This document shows, piece by piece, positions 13,285-56,719 of a stretch of 64,000 nt of DNA (its first letter is position 1; the number at the start of each line of letters is the position of its first letter). Source of the DNA: Haliotis rubra (lineage: Eukaryota); contig NW_025767033.1 of NCBI RefSeq assembly GCF_003918875.1, forward strand, positions 868,001 through 932,000, read 5' to 3'. Below the pieces are notes generated by a model. The model was not told the origin of the DNA and did no database searches. It worked only from the letters and a program-made list of their open reading frames with translations. The translations under genes were made by a program, and so were the position numbers.

Positions 13285-16200
13285 TTGTAAAATTTAATAA
13301 ATTTATTCATTTTCTTTTGAAGGTAAGTTGGGGATTATCATTCAATAGCACAACTGCAAAAGCTGGGGCTCACTATGAAAATAACTTTGAAACTCCATAG
13401 CACTAAGTCATAACATTGACAAATATACAAGATATATATTTACAAGTAAATGCATACATAGAATCGCAGATGATAATCTTCATCTGTTCAATAAGGAGAG
13501 GCAGCTCATGAATATTTATCAATGTTTTTGACAAGTTTTTCAAACCAAAAACTGGAAAAGAAAACTAATTTGATGAATCAAATTTATCTGATCAATTAAC
13601 ATTTACCCATAATTCCTGGCCATTTATACTCCTGTAATTATTTCTAAAACTGAAAAAAAGTAAACCCACCAAACATATTCTTTTGGACTGTTGGCCAGTA
13701 CTTAAATGTTTCTCTTTTTAATGGTCTTCAAAAACTATCTTAAAAGAGTTACCTCCCATAATTGCTTTCTCCATGAGGGGCGAACCTTGGATGATATAAT
13801 ACTTTGAGTGTTATGAGTGCATGGAATATATACAATGTTCAAGTGACAGGACAATAACATAAAATTATAATGTACAACTAAATAGACATAAAACTCTCTT
13901 GAATCAATGTGTCTGAATATCAAGTTCAGATTTTAGATGGGTACATTGTCAGATTTGCTTCATAATTATACATTGTGTATAATACTCTCCTGAATCTATA
14001 TTTCACACTTATTCAGAAAACCTTAGAAATAGGGCTTGTTTGCCTCATGGACGATGAATGATGAAACAAGCATTAGAAATGTACAAGCACCTATCAAAAT
14101 GGCTCATGACTCCCACGTTCAGAACATGACATTCAGACTTCAAGATACAGATATGTTACAAGTGATGTCTTCACGAGGATGCAAAAATAAAAGTGGCGGA
14201 ATGCAATGTAAAGAAGATCACCAGCACGAGCATGTAATACAAACAATAGCACTTAGTTTATTTGCATGAAATATCCCTGAAGAGGAAACATATGGGATGA
14301 AACCGATTCACTGCCGAGTTGCATTAAACGTAATAGCACTTGGACAAAATAGGTCTCCAAAACCAAAAGCTACATATAAAAAATATAAGTCCAGATTGCA
14401 TCACTGGAAGGCAAATATACAGTACTTGCATATGTCAGGATTCAAGAGAAAGATATTGCAACAATGAGCCAAATACAGGCAGTTTGGGGTCAGGACTTTC
14501 CGCCATTACCGATAAAGTCTGTCATCAATGTCTGTGTGACATGGGACCTGTATGAATGTACTTAACTTATTTATTCAATGTAAAGATTGTTACCTGTTAA
14601 ATTTATATTCATCTTAAACCGAATCTGTGGACGTGTTGTTTCACTGACCTAATTATACTAAACTGTTATTTGAACCATCTGGTTCCACATTAACCAAATA
14701 ACCTACAATGTTATCTATGAATCTATGTGTTATTTATGCCAAGAGAATATTTCAAATTAATGTCTACAGTTCTCTTTCAGTTTATGTGAGTAACTGCAAT
14801 ATTTGGCAATTATTGTTTTCTTACTGTATATTCTAGATCCCGGTTAACTGTTTATCAGTAAAACTATCTTTCCTAAATATTACTCCCCAATTTAATCTAA
14901 AGTCTTCACATTTCATTCACACCAACTAAATCAAACTGACCTATTTTTCAAGCTTATTGATTAATGTTCCTCAACATTTAAGTATTTGTGAAAACACATT
15001 TTGAATTTTTAACTTACAATTAAATTAATTCATTTTATTTTCATTCAAGTATTTACAGGCTATCAATCAGCGATGGAACACCACAATCTGAGTCTGTGAG
15101 TCTTGCCTCTTCCCGTGCATCAAGTATTTCTGCATATACCCCTAATAGGGATATTGCTGTTTTGAGCATCCTTGGAAATACAATGACCCAGTTCAGACTG
15201 AGTGATAGAGGTCAAGGTCAGGCAGTGCACTTGTCCACCGACAGTTGAAATCTGCACTGAAACCAAGTTGCCACATGACCTACTTCCCACACGACCTTCT
15301 GACCTACTTGCCACATGACCTACTGACCTATAAAGGACTATTTCTATTTAAGAATATGCCACACCAACATTGCATGAGTGAGTGAGTTTAGTTTTATGCC
15401 ATTTTGGCAATATTCCAGCAATATCAGAGCATGGGACACCAGAAATAGGCTTCAGACAGTGTACCCATATGGGGAATCAAACTCAGCGTGATGAGTGAAC
15501 CCCTTAACCACAAGGCTACCTCACTGTCCCTTTTCTCAAGTGTATAAAATTCTATCAAAGTGATAATTTTGTTATATCATTCAGAAAACAATTCAAATAC
15601 TCAAAGTTTCTCATCAAGAAGATTAAACATAATCAGTGTTTAATTCTGAGGCAACCCTGGAGGTAGTAAGGATTTGCTCCTAAAACACATCAAATTTTAA
15701 TTTTATTCAAATTTTAAACATTATGGGTCCTTTAGGACTGCTCTTATAGTATTGATGTTGGAGTGATAGAAGTCAAGAAACAGAATTAATTCATGAAGTG
15801 AATAAGTAACTCGTGGACACAAGACAAATTAACTAAATGTTTCTGAAAGATGGACAATGAAGAATTTCTTTACTTCAGATTCTTACAAAACCAATTATTT
15901 CTTGAAGGAACATACTTGATAACATTTGTGTGGTTTGGGCTGCTTTTTATTCTTTGGTCTTCTGTTTTCCAGGAATCAACCAGAACATTTCATTATGTCA
16001 TGGAAATAAGTACAGGCCAGCCATTACAGAGGCAAGATACACCTACCTCAAACATCCACACATCACACCACAGCCACAATATGGTTACCTCATGAATTAA
16101 TGTATCGAGAGGCTAACTCACATATCGATACATACTATACTGTAGTGATACGTCTTCGTTATGCAGTAGTACTTGATTCATGATACTCCTACAGCAGTAT

Positions 16201-17357
16201 GTATCTTGATAGGACTGATGTATCGATACACCTAGCGATACTTGAATCACACGATTCATACAGACTCCAATATTTCATTTGAACTTTTGTTCAGTGAGAT
16301 TCTCCATTTTCCATGTGGATGGTTACCCAGGTCTAGCTATCAACCAGTTTTTGTCATCAAGTATGAAAGGATACTTCAAGCTTGTTCTGATAGTATTATG
16401 CAATCTGATTCAGCACTTTCTTTCATAATAGGAACAAGAGAGGAATGTGGAGCTAGTTAAGTAGTCAAGAGGACAAGTTTAGCCAATCAATAAATCTTTA
16501 GACCCTGATACAGAATTAACATAAGAATCGATTCATTGGTAAACATATCTGTTAGATTATTGGCAGATGGATATGTGAAGTTAAGCGACACATTGTGAAG
16601 CATGACACCTCTAACATAATCAGGTGTGTGACTGAAAGCATCTACTTCAACCAGCTGCTGAAGAAGACGCCGTACAGAATCTGGTATCACTGTCGTCTTG
16701 CAAACAAACAGTTATCATGGCAACATATCACACAATATTTGTGACCCTGCTAGTCTCAAACCGAATCGATACACGAACATCATGGAGAATATGCTACAAC
16801 AACTACAAGCTTCACATGACTGTTCAGCCAAACATGAAAGACCTACCATCTTCCCAGGTCCTTGAATGAGAGTCCAAACACTTCAAATGTAAGCAGAACA
16901 GAGAAGACAGCTAACTCATCACTTTCGGAGAGTCTTTGTACCACTTACACATAATACATTTTGAGCAAAGCGAGGCCAATGTTGAGTTTCAACCCAGGCA
17001 ACTGGGCTTCATTGAACTACAAACACAGTCGTTCATCAATCATCAATATACTTCTGAAGGATACCGCTTCTTCTATATTATACAGATTACAAGAACACTC
17101 CAACACGGTTTGTCACACATGAGTTGAATTGCTCAAACTACGTCTGAAGCACCGTTCCACGTGAACAGCGTTCCTGATGAAAGGTCAAAGGTGACACATC
17201 TGTCGGCACATTGAGTCGGGGCCACCATACAAGCTGGCCACTCCCAAACAAGCACACTTAGTATCCATGAGAATGATGATGATATGCGGTTACCATGGTG
17301 ATTATGATGACAGTATTAATAACAGTGTCGGTAAGCAGCAACAATAAGGGAGGTAAC
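13285..17357 (-). other. Probable long 3' UTR of PKN (end uncertain)
   Basis: Follows the stop codon; minus-strand AATAAA candidates near 15945, 15702, 15036, 14570 and 13301. Confidence 0.4.
15375..15530 (-). mobile_element. SINE family A
   Basis: Similarity to other copies. Confidence 0.85.
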
Positions 17358-46624
<29,267 letters not shown>

Positions 46625-47554
46625 GGCACCTCCCTGTCGGACAACAAGACGTTCAACATCAACAACAATCTCTCAATGTGTCACAAACTGCATTAAAATG
46701 CTTGATTGGCATTTTAGAAGATGATATTTGATGAACATAGAGATTTTTTCTGGGTTACATCTTCTTTTAATGTAACCCAGAAAAAATCTCTATGTGCATT
46801 AAAATGGTTTTAAAATGATACACTTCTCAAGATGCCATAGTATTCAAATGCCAACACACAACCAGCTAGGGCCAGAGAATACATCCAGTGCACTGTAAGT
46901 TTTCATGCAACAATTTGATACAATGTGTTGACTTGTGTATGCAAGATGATACATATGCTAATTATTTACTACTCCTTCATTGTCAATCTTCATCTCATAT
47001 TTTGTCAGTCAAATGTCACAAACTGAACTGGAATCATTTCAATTAAACCAAAAATAACCAAACAGTTGTGACAGACAATCATCTACAGTTAGCTTTTTCA
47101 TCGGAACCATATCTGAAATATTTATACACAAGAAGTTTCCACATGATATGATTATGTTTATCGTGATAAGAATTGTATCACGACCTTTATCTTGCCTCAC
47201 ACATAAATGTCGTTTTCTGATTGGCTGACAGTCCCTGAACCACATTAATTTTCCCACTGCTCTCTATAATTTTCAATGTAACCTCTAGCTTACAAGCGAG
47301 TTTCACATTTTCTATGTACCCGCTGGGAATGCCTGAACTCATTTGGTACCCCACTGGGAATGCCGAACTCATCTGGTACTTCGTAGTAGTAATTCTTTAT
47401 CTCGATAAACATTGAATCACAAATGATGTACGGAAATTACTGATGTTTTGCGAATAACTCTAAATTTGTTTTTCTTGTCGTCTGGTACTCCATACTATGA
47501 TCCGATACCCGTGCTTCAAACAGTTCAAAATTACCATTGAGGTATTTGGTAAGA

Positions 47555-47712
47555 TAAATACGTTGTTCACAGGTCCCTCGGGGCCCATGGGTTGATGTAC
47601 CATCGATGTTTTTTTTATGTTCCCTTCGTCCCTGGGGCTCAGGGAACATAAACAAACATCAAGGGTATTCATCAGCCCATGTCCCCCTCGATACAGCAAA
47701 CAACTTATAATG
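47555..47712. mobile_element. Imperfect palindromic repeat element
   Basis: ATGGGTTGATG...GATGTTTTTTTTATGTTCCCT / AGGGAACATAAACAAACATC...CATCAGCCCAT. Confidence 0.6.
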
Positions 47713-48539
47713 TATCATGATGTATTGTGATGCATATCATACAGAGTAGGCCAGTTACCGATCTACTGATACTGGCAGTCAAAGCGCAGTGGTGTCGACG
47801 TCTCAGTCTGGAGACTCATGTGACCATTTCATAATACAAACAAAAATCCCCTCCAGTGATCATAACCTGGACACTTAGTTTCATATTTAGGGGTCACTAG
47901 ACTCAATAAAAATGGAGCAAGCCTCAAATGTCCCAGCACCTGTGTTAATATTAATTTCCCATCATAATCAGTGAGCTTAGTTTTATGCTGCATTTAGCAA
48001 TATTAAAGAAAAAATCACAGAAATGCGCTTACATTGTACCCATGTGGGGGATCAAACCTGGAACTTTGCCGTGACGAGCAAAGGCTTAACCACTATGCCA
48101 CCTGATAGCCCCTCACTATTATTCAGTACAGATGGCAGTGTAACAATAAATCAAACAGAATGGAAGTTCTTCAAATTTTAAAGTACATGCACTCTAGCAG
48201 TAGTGCCGAAAGGCATTAACAAATTACATACATATGATTATGGGAGCCCTTTAGAACTCAAGTATGCCCCAAACAAATGCTCTTGAACCCTCTTCAAACT
48301 CAGTGAAAATGATTCACCATGACCTAGACAATATTCGCAAAGTTTCCCCTTCATTTTCATAAGAATTGAAAATCCCCTTTTCAATTTTTTTATCCTCAAT
48401 TACATTAAAATCATATGCTCATCAGCAACTGTTCCAGTGCAACTGACTGATGGTACATCCATAACTGACCTCATGTAGCATACATCATCACTCAGTATAT
48501 TTGTGAACAAGCAGTTGTCACTAAGGTGACATAATCATA

Positions 48540-48925
48540 ATCAACACAACTGCCAACCTCACCCCAACCAGATTCAACACAACTGCCAACCTCCCCCCAA
48601 CCAAATTCAACACAACTGCCAACTTCACCCCAACCAGATTCAACACAACTGCCAACTTCACCCCAACCAGATTCAACACAATTGCCAACCTCACCCCAAC
48701 CAGATTCAACACAACTCCAACCTCACCCCAACCAGATTCAACACAACTGCCAACTTCACCCCAACCAGATTCAAGACAACTGCCAACCTCACCCCAACCA
48801 GATTCAACACAACTTCAACACAACTGCCAACCTCACCCCAACCAGATTCAACACAACTGCCAACCTCACCCCAACCAAATTCAACACAACTGCCCACTTC
48901 ACCCCAACCAGATTCAACACAACTG
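48540..48925. repeat. 33-bp minisatellite (CAACACAACTGCCAACCTCACCCCAACCAGATT)
   Basis: Direct inspection. Confidence 0.94.
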
Positions 48926-50513
48926 ATGTAAACTGGAACACACCTGGTGAAATGTTCACATTGATATCAACCACAAACAAGGAGGCTTTGACAGCCGACT
49001 ATCACAAGGAAACAGTTTTAGACTTCAGCATCTCTGTCAGTGGTATATCTGTATCTCGATGCACACACACTGCAAAATACAGCAATTACAAACTGGCATT
49101 AAAGTCGAGGGATCATCAGAGCCCTTAATTTGGTTCCAGATTCAAATATTATTTCAAGGCAAGGCAAGTTTTCAGTTTGAACACAGACGTACAGATTCAA
49201 ATGGTGAGATGAGCTGAAATGGGTTTAATGTAAAATAAATTCACTTATGAAACATGTTCTTCTTTCATTTTAGTGCCTGGAAGAGTAAGCTGTCCGCGAC
49301 CTAAGCAGACCGAAAGACGAGCCCAATAAAATTTCTTGTCTCCTAACATAAGATTATGCTAGTCCATATACAAGACTAAAATCTACTGAAAATAATGCCA
49401 GTACAAGTTCAGACAAGTAGAAATAAAAGCTTTTGGCAGAGACTGAACAAGTTCCATCTGAAGGTATGACGCAGCCAAGTAATTGAACCACCAGCCAACC
49501 TTCCACTCTTCCGTACATCAAGGTGTCAGAACTTTCTAAAAAGTACCCAGTTTTCAAGTGAAAGAACATCAAAGTCGACACAATGTGACTGTGTCCTCCC
49601 CTACCACACAAACATATGAGCAGTTATCAACAGCAGGACCAGCTGTCTGTCCAGCCAGCCACACGTCCCTGATGACCTCAGGCCAGGCGGGGCCAGACAT
49701 TGGCTAGACACATCTCACAGAAACAGATAAACATGGTCGCAATTAGCAACAAACATCCCTATGGAACCCAAATAACGACCTCGAGTATACCTCACAAGTG
49801 AAGCTTCAAAAACAAGGTTCTCACTAATTGCAAAATCAGAAAAGCATGATTTAGTCACATCAAATAATAATCTGTTTTTCAGATACTTATCATTTGTTTT
49901 TTTCAAAAGCTATTTAAATTTAAATGTTGAAATCGTGACCATGAACAAATTTCCACATTACAGCATCTTCATCAAAATCATTCGGGAGAAACAGCCATGA
50001 ATACAAGTTACAAACATCTCAGGTTTTCTTTACAAAACAAATACATACGTAAAAGACATAAGACTGAAACATAAACCCCCCCTGAGGATCATAACTTGAA
50101 GTTTTGTAGGTAAACAAGTTTCAGGCCATAATAAAATCTCTACAAATGCTCAGAAGAAAGAAAACCTTAATGAGGATCGTGACGGGTTTTACCGACTCAC
50201 GTAATAAAACACTCTTGTAAAGGTAAAAACTGGTTGATATTTTATCGTAAAGGTTTGCCATAAAACGACTATGATATACTTCACAGTGAAAATAACAACT
50301 TACTTTTTGTCACTAGTCGAGAAAGAACAAGTGACTGAAGAGAAACTTGTACCTCGACCCACTGGGCACTTTATACTACCTTGTTTAACACTGAGGTCAA
50401 AGCTGTGTCGTGAAACACAAGCTGCAGAGGTAATGGAGTTTTAAGTGTCTATCAACAGTATTTCAGCTATATCGTGACATGTCAGCTTGACAGGAGGAGA
50501 GAGTTCGTAGAGA

Positions 50514-50804
50514 TGAGTGAGTGAGTTTAGTTTTATGCCACTTTTAGCAATATTTCAGGAATATCATGACAGGAGACTCCAGAAATGGGCATTTGTAGAG
50601 GCAAAGGTCTTAAACATTTACAACTTGGGTGAAACTGATGTATGAGTGAGTGAGCTTAATTTATGCTGCTTTTAGCAACATTCCTGCAATATCACAGCGG
50701 AGGACACCAGAAATGGGCTTCACACATTGTATCCATGAGGGGAATCGAACCTGGGTTTCGACGAGACGAGCGAACACTTTAACCACTAGGCTACCCCAAC
50801 GCCC
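50514..50804 (-). mobile_element. Two SINE family A copies (partial 50514-50592; full 50643-50804)
   Basis: Similarity to other copies. Confidence 0.85.
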
Positions 50805-51576
50805 AAAAATTGATGTTTGACATCGACAAGGGTAGAATCTCCTCCATGATCAACACAAACCTGGGATTCAAGCTCAGAAATCCTGAAAATCAGAATTCTG
50901 TCCACTGACAACATGGAACCCCAGTGTCCCAAACAGTGTAAAAACTTAACAGAGCAGAAGACAGAAAAATAAACAATTCACCTCATGTTTGTCAAAAATA
51001 TTACTGCCTGCAGAATGTAAACATTACTGATTATTGAGTATGACCCTTCCACTTGTCCTTGCCTTATATTCCCTATTTACTGATTATTGAGTATGACCCT
51101 TCCACTTGTCCTTGCCTTATATTCCTGAACTAACCAACATCTAATCATCGGCATCCATCAATTGTTACTAGCATCGGTCAAACACACCTGCCAAGACAAG
51201 ACACATTTTTTACACAACCTAAAAACAGTAAATGTTTCACTTTTGAAAGGTCAAAACTGTTCATCTCTTATTCAAAACAATACTTGAAAAACAAATAACC
51301 ATTTTATTGGAGCCTTGGCAAGGAAAGTACTACACAACCTTCCTAAAATCTTCTACCAGAAGGCAAGAAAACACATCTCAACATGACCCTCGAGGCAATT
51401 TTTATTGGAATTAGACTCAACAAGCAGTCTGTGGAAATGTTCTAAACGTTAAATCCACCCTTAGATATTACACAGAGAAATGTCAAGGTCATGAAAGGAG
51501 TAGCGTGATCCTCGTCTTGATTCTGAAAGAAGCATCCGTCTCACTAACAATAAACATGTAAAGTAAATGAACTTAC

Positions 51577-51700
51577 CTGGAACAAATGCACTATCCAAGT
51601 TAAAAATCTACACCATTAGCATATCCCCTCCATTAGCAATCAGCAGTATCTCGGAACAAATGTTTACGTGGCTGTTTTTATGGAAGATGGGACTCGGGGA
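51577..51700 (-). other. Candidate non-coding upstream exon of PKN (5' boundary unknown)
   Basis: Perfect donor TTCCAG|gtaagt at 51577; only short uORFs upstream. Confidence 0.3.
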
Positions 51701-52934
51701 AAATATGTAGACTAACATCAAGTCTTTGAAATGAAAATATTTCACAGAAAAAAAGGAGCCAAATTATCTTAAGAAAATATAATTAAAAGGAGTCTCCACC
51801 CTTTTTCATTTTCAGAAACAGAAGTAATCTAGGCTTCACAACTATCAGACTTGCATGGGTTGTACTGGATGATTTGTTTCAGGATCTTTATGACAGATTT
51901 GAAAGTTTTGTTGAAGGTGTTTTTAAAACTTGTCTTGAGGTTAGTGTTTCTAAGTGATCTTTTCTCATACATCGTCATTTCAATAAAAAAAATCCATAAG
52001 AAAGACAGCATTTTGAACTTATCTGTCTGGGTATTTTTTAAAACTCAAATGGTAACATGAACTAATTGAACAAAACAGACCTTTTTTGTTTTCTCGTTTA
52101 CAGATTTCTTTAAGGCAATCCAGATTGTTAGGAGATAAAAATAATTAAACACAACAGCATTTCAGTTAAAACTTTTTTAGTCTTTGAAATGTTTTCTGAA
52201 ATGTTGGAAGTTAAGCTGTTTAAGTTAAAACATATTTTGTTGATGTGTGATGTTTTTTGTGATGAACAAGAGATTGCATTCATCAAAACCAAAACATATG
52301 TCACAGATATATTATTTTTTCACTTTTTAAATCCATGATATATGACAAACAAAAAATCCATTTTGGATATTTTTCTGTATTTCTAATATGGACGCTTATT
52401 TGGGACTGTGACTTGGTAAAAATAACTCTTTCAGAGCCTCATACCCCAAAATAATGAGACCTGCTCTCGTCACCCGACGCCCACGCAAGCACACATACCT
52501 GCCACACTTATCACCAGGTGTGAGTGTGACCTGACTCACCTGGCCCTATAATCAGCCTGCTGAGATCACGAACGTGACACAACATACAGTCAGTCACCAA
52601 ACATCCCACGACACAACATATTGTGCTACAACACAAGGGCTATCTCACTCACTAGCCTCACCCTGTACTTGCATCGAACTCAATGATACTTCTGAAGACT
52701 CTGTGTGTATAGTATTGGGCTGGGTCAACGTAGGCAAACTTCACTACGTAGACAGATACTTGGGTTTTCCCTGACACAAGAAACTACAGGTAAAACACTC
52801 CTTGGTTGGGGTTGAAACATACAATGGCTTTTCTCAAGCAGACAGTTTAACATTTTCAACCAAAACCCAGGACTGTTTTACTGATTAATGAACAGTCTGG
52901 AATTTTTATTAAAAAAACAATTGAACAGTCAAAA

Positions 52935-53197
52935 TGAGTTTCGTTCTAAGTCACTTTTAGCAATATTCCAGCAATATCACGGCGGGGGACACCAGAAACA
53001 AAATACAGGAAATACCAAAAAGAATAATAAAACATTGAGTGAGTATAGTTTTACGCCGCTTTTAGCAATGTTCCAGCAATATCATGGCCGGGGACACCAG
53101 AAATGGGCTTCACACATTTGTACCCATGTGGGAAATTGAACCCAGGTCTTCGGAGTGACGAGCGAAGGCTTTAACCACTAGGCTACCCCGCCGCCCC
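52935..53197 (-). mobile_element. Two SINE family A copies (partial; full 53036-53197)
   Basis: TSD AATAAAACATTGAG around the second copy. Confidence 0.88.
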
Positions 53198-53576
53198 AAT
53201 AAAACATTGAGATACTTTAGATACTGAAACAATATATGAAAGACATTTGATGACAGCCCACAGAAAGGCTATATGCACGCAGCATAGAGACAACTTAAGT
53301 CAGTAACACCCTTTCATCGTCTGCTCAACAACGGGCTGCAGTACCCGATGTCAGTGTGAGGTAGGTTTCATTCACATCATGTAATTTTCAGTGAAAAAAC
53401 TGAGTGTTCACCAGTCAAACATCGACATGGGATGCATATAAAAAGGCTGATTATACAATTCAACTGTAAACCCTAACTCTTACAAACAGTTTCAATGCAA
53501 GGATGGTCTAACAACTGAGACGTAAAATGTCCGGTCAGGGCTCACTTGAAAGTAGTTTCTCTCACTTGGCTACTGT

Positions 53577-53820
53577 GAATGAGTGGGTGAGTTTAGTTTT
53601 ACGCTGCACTCAGCAATATCCCATCTATATGGCGGTTGTCTGTAAATAATAGAGTTTGGACCAGACAATCCAATGATCAACAGCATGAGCATCGATCTAC
53701 GCAATTGGGATACGATGACGTGTCAACCAAGTCAGTGAGCCTGACCACCAAATCCTGTTAGTTAGTCGCCTCTTACGATTAGTTTCTGAAGATCAATTCT
53801 AACCCACATATTCACAGGTC
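53577..53820 (-). mobile_element. SINE family B
   Basis: Similarity to the 21897 copy. Confidence 0.87.
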
Positions 53821-54929
53821 AGCTACTGTAAAACAGCAAGATATCTATATACTACAGACATATTCACAGGTCAGCTACTGTAAAACAGCAAGATACCTAT
53901 ATAATACAGACTGGCAGGTGGTTTGCAATGTGTATTGGACTCAATCATTGAATTCCACATTGAATCCACTTAATCACATCACATACTGATACTGTAGTTA
54001 TTAATTCTGTTCACGCTAACATTTTGTTCAGTGGTGGGAGGGGGATATTTTTCTACTAACCTTTTCTGCATTTTAGAAAAAAAGTCAAGCATAACAAAAA
54101 TCATTAGGGATGGTCTCACACAATTCGTTGTCGTATAATGTTTACAACATATTTCTGTCCAACATTCAAATTCAAAACATATTTTTAACAAAAAAAAACC
54201 CAAACACCTTCAAGAGTAAGCAAGGTATACGATCCCCTCGTCAACAGGTGCTAGAATCATCAGACAATGTAGAATGTTATCAACAAATTATTAAAGCAGT
54301 TGAGATCACCTTCAAGTATCTTTACCATCCATTAATAACCTTTCAGTCAAACTCTCGTTATAAGACAGAAATAATATTCTCCCAGCAACAAAGAACTGAA
54401 GTCTATCTCAGCTTCCAACACAAACAAGCCCGTGATGTTGGATTAGACATGTTATAGACATGTAACGGACCAGCTAACGACATATGCACACTTTTTGTGA
54501 CTTTCACTCTTTATGTTCTTTGTAAGCCAAGTCTCCACGATAAAGACTCCCGTGGATTTTGGAAAACGAAGCATGGATACACCCATCTCGCCATGCTCCC
54601 AGATATATACAGACTCTTTATGTATTAATACAACCTGCCTGTTATCTTACAGCAAGGAGCCTAAACTTCTTGGATTCAAGGATGGTTGGAGTTCTTGAGA
54701 AGGGAGTACTTAGCTTTCCTGACCCTCCCAGTTTTAAAAATATAGTAATGAGTCTTAATGGTGGTAACATGAAATACTCCTGGATTTCTTTGGAACTATT
54801 GATGCTCATTAAACAGCACATTTTATTGAGTTATTGAGCTTGGTTGGTTTAATGACTTCAAGCAGTATTTCAGTTTGATGAAAGAGGAACGCCTGAAATG
54901 ATGCAAGATTTAGTATTCAGTTTGTTGCT

Positions 54930-55320
54930 TGTATATATGCTGCTCTCAGCAATATTTTAACTACATGGTGGCAGTCTGTAAATAATCAAGACTGGACCAG
55001 ACAATCCAGTGATGAACAGCATGAGCATCGATCTTCACAAATGGGAAATAGCAAATTGATCCAACAAAGCTACACACTGATTTATTGGTGATTCAGTTAC
55101 AAAGTATCTGATAGTTTGTTTCATGCTATATGGCGGCAGCCTGTAAGTCTGGATCAGACAATCCAGTGATCAACATCATGAGCATCGATCAGCATCTATA
55201 CAATTGGGATTGGATGACATGTGTCAACCAAGTCAGCGAGCCTGACTACCATCCTGTTAATTGCCTCTTACGACAAGCAGGGCGGCTGAAGACCAATTCT
55301 AACCCAGATCTTCACAGGTC
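54930..55320 (-). mobile_element. Two partial SINE family B copies
   Basis: Similarity to other copies. Confidence 0.8.
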
Positions 55321-56719
55321 TATACTGCAATTAGTTAATGTAAAACGTTCAGCCCTTGCACTTTTATCAGCAGGCAGGTTTTCCTCACCCTGTGTTATCT
55401 CAATGTTTCCAAGAGCACACAGTTACACCATTACGATAATAACAGACCATCTATAACTTACGTGTTATATATATCGCATGTATAATCCCAAATACAATGT
55501 TCTATTTGACCACTCTCTAAATGCAAGGATGACAACAGGAAAATCTATTTTCAGCTGAAAACGTAATATTGTGTCATCGAGTTGAGGGTTTCTCAATGGA
55601 TTTATACGATTCACAATTTGAAATAAAATCCGCGGAAATCCGCGGATCAGCGGAAAATTGCCATCCCTGTAAATGGCACTGTGTATTCACAACAGTCCAT
55701 TTACTTGACTTCCAAATATTTGAACAGCAAGCAAAGCGTTCCTCAATCTACACAAATTTGTCCTGAAACTAATTCTGTTACTACATTTCTGTATTGCAAT
55801 ACTGCTTAAGTTACATCATAAATGTACAAAACAAAAGGGGAGTTACGAAGTATATAGTTGTTTTTATTACCAACGCACCTTCAAGCACCGTGGCCTGTAC
55901 TTTAGTTAATGTTTATTGTCCCAGCAAATGACCCAAGCAAATGGAAAAAAGAATCAAAAAAAGGGTCGTTCCTGAACCTGCTCATTGTCCACCAATGCCA
56001 ATAAATCCCGGCATTGTGACCAGATTAACCAAACACTTCGGCCACACGGGTTAGTTTACCAAGGGTTTTTTGAGGTTAGTTTATCTGTTAAGATAAGCTT
56101 AGTCGGTCACGACTGGCTCTGCATGTCTTGGGATAGCTATAGGTAACGTCCACCCTGTGTACTGACTGGCCGTCTGGATGCGGGAACGTAGGACACGCAG
56201 AGCAGCATTCATACTACCTCACAAAATAAACATCAGTGTTTTTATAACCATTGGGGAAAGCACACCGACATTTACAGGGGGATTGTTCTGAAGCTCTGCA
56301 TAGTCAACCCAGATAAATCTTCTCAAATACTGCCCAATGAGAGCTTTCTTTGCCGAAGATGTTAGTAGTACAACATATTTTTAACTTGCGAAGTAGTCAA
56401 AAAGGTGGGTCTGTGAGTTGGTTGTACACTGGTTTTTTAAATGTATCTTTTATATAATGGTTTGTCAGCTTGCTGTGGGAAAATACCCAAAGTGAGGTAT
56501 GTCATGGTTGTTTGCTGCCAGGTGGAACACACGATCATGGACTTGTCGACATACCAGGCATCACACACTGGAGCAAATCTGAGGTGGGAACACATGAGAT
56601 GATACAGATGGGTCACTGGGCTATCCAAATAAAATCACAGAAATCTGGAACAGACTCTGCAATAGAATGGGTTTCAAATACCAGCATTCTTAAGTGAAAT
56701 CCCTGAAATCCTGTCCTGT

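Noticed and set aside
14276-14305. Hammerhead-like CTGAAGA...GAAAC (CTGAAGA also occurs in antisense SINE B)
   Set aside because: I could not build stems I-III or place a cleavage triplet.
52531-52560. Perfect minus-strand donor CAG|GTGAGT at 52540
   Set aside because: In-frame stop just upstream and no supporting acceptor or promoter signal; may be chance, though a UTR exon is not excluded.
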